Origin: an uncultured virus (IMG/VR IMGVR_UViG_2713896875_000003)
Taxonomy: Duplodnaviria > Heunggongvirae > Uroviricota > Caudoviricetes
Direction: 5' to 3' (one strand)
Length of the DNA stretch: 64,000 bases
IMG/VR virus record: IMGVR_UViG_2713896875_000003
Location: 1-64,000 of that record
Shown: in pieces, positions 59,201 to 64,000 of the stretch
Layout: each line of letters starts with the position of its first letter
Position numbering within the stretch: the stretch's first letter is position 1
Notes under the pieces: model-generated
Database searches by the model: none
The model's input: the letters and a program-made list of their open reading frames with translations, nothing else
What the model was told of the DNA's origin: nothing
Translations under genes and position numbers: made by a program

Positions 59201-60924
59201 TTGAACCTGGTGTAAATTATGCTGATTTATTTGCGAAAGAAGTTCGAAAACATCCTAAGAAATATCCGAAAACGGTTCGTTTAGCAATAGATCGTTGGTA
59301 TCGATGGAAGAAACGAAAAGATATTTGGTTTGATGTCGATCGTGCAAATGAAATGATGGACTGGGTAGAATCTTTTATTGTTCATACAAAAGGCGATATG
59401 GTAGGTAAACCATTTCTTTTGGAGCCATGGGAAAAATTCATTTATTCTTGGATTTATGGCTGGGTAAAAGAAAATGAAAAAGGGCAAGTAGTCCGTGTTA
59501 CTCGTGAGGCATACGTACAAATACCAAAGAAAAATGGGAAAACACTAATAGCGGTAGGTGCGTTGGGGTATGCGATGTATGGCGAAGGTGCCTTATCTGT
59601 CGATTGCTATGCATGTGCTTCCGATTTTGCCCAAGCGCAATATGCTGCTAAGCCTTTTGCAGCTACTATCCTAAATAATCCAGTGCTATTAGATGGGACT
59701 AAAATATTTAAAGGTCCAAAAGGCACCGTTTCAAGTATTACGTATGACTATTTATATGGAGATATGGCTTATACAAATAAGTTTATTGTTCAGACAAAAA
59801 ACATTGATAACATAGAAGGTTCCAATCCATATTTTGTTTTAAATGATGAGCTGCATAAACAAGAGAAAATGGAGCAGTACGATAACTTTAAATCTGCACA
59901 AATTTCATTGCCACAACCGTTAATGTTTAATATTTCTACAGCTGGTAAAGGAAGTAGTTCGGTTGGTATTCGTGTTTATAAAGAAGCAAAAGAAGTCTTG
60001 AAGCGTGATGATAATGATTCAAACTTTGTTTTGATTTATGAACCAAATAAAGGATACGATTGGACAGATAAAAAAGTTTGGGAAATGTGCAATCCTAACT
60101 GGGGAATATCTGTTGATTTGTCTGCTTTAGAATCAGCCTTTAAAACTGCGCAACGTTCCGCTCACTCGAAAGCTGAATTTTTAACGAAGCATTTAGATGT
60201 GTTTGTGAATGGTGCAGATAATTTTTTTGAACAAGATCAAGTGGAACCGTGTTTGGTTCCCACAAATGAATTAGGAAACTTAAGTGGTGAGCCATGTTGG
60301 ATTGGTTTGGACTTATCTAAAAGCCGAGATTTAACTTGCGTATCATTAAATTTTCCTACATGGGATGCCGAAGGAAAAGCGATACTCAAAGTAAAACAAT
60401 TATATTTTATTCCTAGTGAAAATATTGATTTTCGAGAAAAGGAAGATAATGTGCCGTATTCTGAATTAGCAGAACAAGGATTTGTTGAATTTTGCGATGG
60501 TAAGTTAATTGATCAAGAACAAATATTTCATTTTATTGAAGATTGCATGGATTTTTATGATGTTCAACAAGTCAATTATGATCCAGCGATGAGTGACCGA
60601 TTAGTTGAAAAATTGGAAAATTTAGGCTTGGAATGTGTGCAAGTTGATCAGTACGCAAGAGTATTGAACTCACCGCTTGAAGATGCCGAGCGATTATTTT
60701 ATGAGCAAAGGATTATGTTTGATAATCCTTTATTTTTGTATTGCGCTTTAAATGTGGTTGTCAAAATGGATTTTCAAGGCCGTAAAGTACCAAGTAAAAA
60801 TCAGTCAAAGAGAAAGATCGATGGATTTGTTGCTTTCCTTTGTGCGCATAAGGAAACAATGGATCAAATGATTGATGTCAACGAAGATGATATGGATGAA
60901 TATTTAGATTCTATCTATCGATAA
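59197..60924 (+). CDS. Terminase large subunit
   Basis: PKKNGKT, DELH, ISTAG, GLDLS, KIDGFVA. Confidence 0.95.
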   Translation: MIEPGVNYADLFAKEVRKHPKKYPKTVRLAIDRWYRWKKRKDIWFDVDRANEMMDWVESFIVHTKGDMVGKPFLLEPWEKFIYSWIYGWVKENEKGQVVRVTREAYVQIPKKNGKTLIAVGALGYAMYGEGALSVDCYACASDFAQAQYAAKPFAATILNNPVLLDGTKIFKGPKGTVSSITYDYLYGDMAYTNKFIVQTKNIDNIEGSNPYFVLNDELHKQEKMEQYDNFKSAQISLPQPLMFNISTAGKGSSSVGIRVYKEAKEVLKRDDNDSNFVLIYEPNKGYDWTDKKVWEMCNPNWGISVDLSALESAFKTAQRSAHSKAEFLTKHLDVFVNGADNFFEQDQVEPCLVPTNELGNLSGEPCWIGLDLSKSRDLTCVSLNFPTWDAEGKAILKVKQLYFIPSENIDFREKEDNVPYSELAEQGFVEFCDGKLIDQEQIFHFIEDCMDFYDVQQVNYDPAMSDRLVEKLENLGLECVQVDQYARVLNSPLEDAERLFYEQRIMFDNPLFLYCALNVVVKMDFQGRKVPSKNQSKRKIDGFVAFLCAHKETMDQMIDVNEDDMDEYLDSIYR

Positions 60925-60942
60925 TAGAAAGGCAGTGAGATT

Positions 60943-62169
60943 TTGAAGCTAAGAGATAGACTTTCAAATGCTGTATATGGATTTTTGGAAAAGCGTGGCT
61001 GGATTGAAGATATTTATGGCAATGTAACAAGATATTCACAACGTTTTGTTAACGATTCTTCTATTATGGAATCGTCTGATGTTTATGAATTGGTGCAAGA
61101 TATTTCTAATCAAGTTGCACTAGCAGAGCCAGTAGTAATTGGCCCTGATGGCGAAGAAGTCAAAAACCATTTCTTGCTAAACATATTGAAAAATCCTAAT
61201 GATTATTTAACTGGTTTTGAATTTGCAAAGCTTGAAACAAATACATTGTTAATCAATGGAGAAGCTTTTCCTATTACAGATAATGACCAGTTACATTTAG
61301 GATATGGTGTTCAAACGAAATTAGATGGTCGTTTGATTGAAAAATTTTCAATGAATGGCCAACCAATACCAGGGAGTATGATTCGTCATATAAAAAATAT
61401 TGGTGTGGATTCATTAAAAGGTGCTGGAATTATTGATCTTGCGAAAAGCACGCTAGAAGGTGTTTTAAGTGCTGAAAAGGTTTTGACAGAAAAATATAAG
61501 AAAGGCGGCTTGCTCGCTTTCTTGTTAAAGCTGGATGCGCATATCAATCCAAATAACAGCGCTCAACAAAAGATAGTAAAAGCTATTTTAAATCAGTTGG
61601 AAGAAACGCAAGATAATGATAGTCATTCAGTTAAAATGATTCCTTTGGGCAAAGGATACTCAATTGATACTTTAAAAAGCCCAATTGATGATGCAGCTAT
61701 TCTTAATTATTTGGGTGTTTACAAAAAAGACCTAGGAAAATTTTTAGGAATAGATGTAAATACTTATCAAGCATTAATGAGAACAGATATTGAAAAAGCA
61801 ATGATGTATCTGCACAACAAAGCAATTAAACCAATATTAAAAAATAAGAGCGAGCATTACTCGGCTCTTTTTTTTGTGCCTAATTCTGGTTATCGAGTGG
61901 AATGGAAAATTAATATTTTGGACTTTGTACCTTATTCCACCAAAACAAATATTGGGTACAACATTGTTCGAACTGGTATTACCAGTCCTGATAATGTGGC
62001 AGAAATGCTTGGTTTTCCTAGACAAAATACTAAAGCAACACAAGCCGTCTATATTTCAAATGATTTAACGGAAATCGGCAAAAAGAATGCTACCGATAAC
62101 TCATTGACAACAGAGGATGACTTGAAGGGAGGTGGTAAGAATGAAGAAACAGGAAATTCGGACATTTGA
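60943..62169 (+). CDS. HK97-type portal protein
   Basis: LKNPN, LLINGEAF; position after terL. Confidence 0.88.
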   Translation: MKLRDRLSNAVYGFLEKRGWIEDIYGNVTRYSQRFVNDSSIMESSDVYELVQDISNQVALAEPVVIGPDGEEVKNHFLLNILKNPNDYLTGFEFAKLETNTLLINGEAFPITDNDQLHLGYGVQTKLDGRLIEKFSMNGQPIPGSMIRHIKNIGVDSLKGAGIIDLAKSTLEGVLSAEKVLTEKYKKGGLLAFLLKLDAHINPNNSAQQKIVKAILNQLEETQDNDSHSVKMIPLGKGYSIDTLKSPIDDAAILNYLGVYKKDLGKFLGIDVNTYQALMRTDIEKAMMYLHNKAIKPILKNKSEHYSALFFVPNSGYRVEWKINILDFVPYSTKTNIGYNIVRTGITSPDNVAEMLGFPRQNTKATQAVYISNDLTEIGKKNATDNSLTTEDDLKGGGKNEETGNSDI

Positions 62170-62713
62170 CATCACAAACCTTAAAACAAGAAGCGAAGAA
62201 GATAGTCAAACACAGATTGTTACTGGCTATGCGGCGGTGTTTAATAGTCCAACAGAATTATGGGAAGGCCTAAATGAAGTGATTAAGCCTGGAGCTTTCA
62301 GTCGTGCTTTGTCAAATTCTGATGTTCGTTGTTTATTCGATCATGACTGGGGCAAAGTATTAGGGCGCACAAGAAGTGGAACTTTGAAACTTGAAGAAGA
62401 TGATAAGGGACTACGATTTGAAGTGGAGTTGCCCAATACAACCATTGCCAATGACTTGATTCAATCAATGTCACGTGGGGACATTAATCAGTGTAGCTTT
62501 GGTTTTTATCCAACGGAAGAAACTTGGGATTATAGTTCAGACCCAGTTTTAAGAACTATCCATGAAGTCGAATTGTATGAAGTTTCTATTGTTTCTTTGC
62601 CTGCTTACGAAGATACAGAAGCAGCACTAGCAAGAAACAAACAAGAAATGAAGCAGGATATTAAAACTAGAAAAAAATTAATTGAAAAAATTAAAACAGC
62701 GCTTCAAGCGTAG
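62141..62713 (+). CDS. HK97-type prohead protease
   Basis: GYAAVFN, LFDHD, CSFGF, EVSIVSLPAY. Confidence 0.92.
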   Translation: MKKQEIRTFDITNLKTRSEEDSQTQIVTGYAAVFNSPTELWEGLNEVIKPGAFSRALSNSDVRCLFDHDWGKVLGRTRSGTLKLEEDDKGLRFEVELPNTTIANDLIQSMSRGDINQCSFGFYPTEETWDYSSDPVLRTIHEVELYEVSIVSLPAYEDTEAALARNKQEMKQDIKTRKKLIEKIKTALQA

Positions 62714-62725
62714 GAGGAATTTATT

Positions 62726-64000
62726 ATGAACAAAGAATTATTGCGTCAATTACAAGCTCGTCACGAGAAACGATTAAGTGATTTACAAGGCAAAATTGAA
62801 TCTGGAGAAGTGCGTGAAGCAGATTTAGATTCAGTTAATGAAGAAATTGATGGTTTAATCGATGAATTAAAAGCCATTAAAGCTGAATCAGGGGATGATA
62901 ATTCAGAATCTGGTGACGGTAAAGGCGATGATGGAACCGCTAAATCCGATAATACTGATGATGAAAATAAAGAAGATCGTGAAAAAGATACGAACGAAAA
63001 TAACAATGATAAAAACGAAGAAAATCGTGGCGGCATGATTAGTCAAGAACAGCGTGATGGCTTGTTACGCACAATTCATGAAGGAATGGAGGCTAGAAAT
63101 GCGATGTCTAATGAACAACGTGAAAAACAAATTCGTAAAGCATTTGCCGATTTCGTTGTTGGTAATATTTCAGAAAGTGAAGCACGTTCATTAGGTATTG
63201 AAACAGGCAATGGTTCAGTGACAGTACCAGAAGTGATTGCATCCGAAGTGATTTCTTATGCTCAAGAAGAAAACTTATTGCGTAAATACGGAACGGTGAT
63301 TCGCACGGCTGGCGATGTGAAGTATCCAATTCTTGTGAAAAAAGCAGAGGCTAATGTAAACAAAAAAGAACGTACGACAGATATTACTGAAACAGCGATT
63401 CAATTTGATGAAATTTTACTTGATCCAGCAGAATTTGATGCATTGGCAACTGTAACGAAAAAACTATTAAAAATGTCTGGTGTGCCAGTAGAAGATATTG
63501 TTGTAGAAGAATTGAAAAAAGCATATGTTCGCAAAGAAATTAATTATATGTTTAATGGCGACGATGCAGGAAATGAAAACCCAGGAGCTTTAGCTAAAAA
63601 AGCTGTTGCATTTGAAAAACCTGTAGATTTAACAGCTGCAGGTGCTGGTCAAAAATTATATGATGCATTGATTGAATTTAAAAATACACCAGTAACAGAA
63701 GTAATGAAAAAAGGGCGTTTTATTATTAATCGTGCAGCTTTAACTGCTATTGAAAAAATGAAAACAGATGATGGATTCCCATTGTTACGACCATTCACGC
63801 AAGCAGAAGGTGGTATTGGTTATCAATTGGTTGGTTATCCAGTTGATTGGACCGATGCAGCAGATAAAAAAGGTGAACCAGATACACCAGTATTATATTT
63901 TGGTGATTTTTCTGCTTTCAAAATTCAAGAAGTTATTGGAGCGTTAGAAATTCAAAAATTGGTTGAAAAATTCTCTGGAAAAAATCAAGTTGGTTTCCAA
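62726..64000 (+). CDS. Major capsid protein (HK97 fold), truncated by window end
   Basis: RBS AGGAGG, ATG 62726; coiled-coil delta domain, NGSVTVPE, GYPV, LYFGDFS; open to window end. Confidence 0.9.
   Translation, partial: MNKELLRQLQARHEKRLSDLQGKIESGEVREADLDSVNEEIDGLIDELKAIKAESGDDNSESGDGKGDDGTAKSDNTDDENKEDREKDTNENNNDKNEENRGGMISQEQRDGLLRTIHEGMEARNAMSNEQREKQIRKAFADFVVGNISESEARSLGIETGNGSVTVPEVIASEVISYAQEENLLRKYGTVIRTAGDVKYPILVKKAEANVNKKERTTDITETAIQFDEILLDPAEFDALATVTKKLLKMSGVPVEDIVVEELKKAYVRKEINYMFNGDDAGNENPGALAKKAVAFEKPVDLTAAGAGQKLYDALIEFKNTPVTEVMKKGRFIINRAALTAIEKMKTDDGFPLLRPFTQAEGGIGYQLVGYPVDWTDAADKKGEPDTPVLYFGDFSAFKIQEVIGALEIQKLVEKFSGKNQVGFQ

Larger units (their letters stand above)
36950..64000 (+). 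mobile_element. Temperate cos-type siphophage genome in attP-intact order (continues past window end)
   Basis: tail end-lysis-attP-int-immunity-replication-HNH-terminase-portal-protease-capsid. Confidence 0.93.

Overview
Low-GC Firmicute DNA, almost certainly Enterococcus faecalis, made of three mobile-element blocks. (1) 1-34157 is a pAD1-like pheromone-plasmid transfer region: surface exclusion protein, aggregation substance, PrgU, PrgC, a Tcp-type T4SS, coupling protein, oriT and a MOBC relaxase. It is followed by an establishment-type region (SSB, J-domain protein, nuclease, type I toxin-antitoxin, PcfM/PcfK/PcfJ-like genes) punctuated by large structured repeats. This block is decaying: there is a stop codon inside the VirB4 Walker A motif plus three other broken genes. 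(2) About 34158-36949 is a group II intron with an RT/maturase/HNH ORF; its 5' exon is plasmid-like and its 3' exon is the end of a phage tail CHAP gene. (3) 36950-64000 is a temperate cos-type siphophage in excised (attP-intact) gene order: tail end, lysis, attP (core matches the 3' end of rpmG), integrase, immunity, replication, packaging, head. Main leads: a possible intron-bridged plasmid-phage cointegrate (a misassembly cannot be excluded), three Frpo-like ssDNA promoter hairpins with covariation, paralogous antisense sRNAs, a proline-rich micropeptide paired with a membrane protein, a stand-alone Cas2-like gene, and an exonuclease-dead PolB. All family calls come from recognising motifs by eye; no searches were run.
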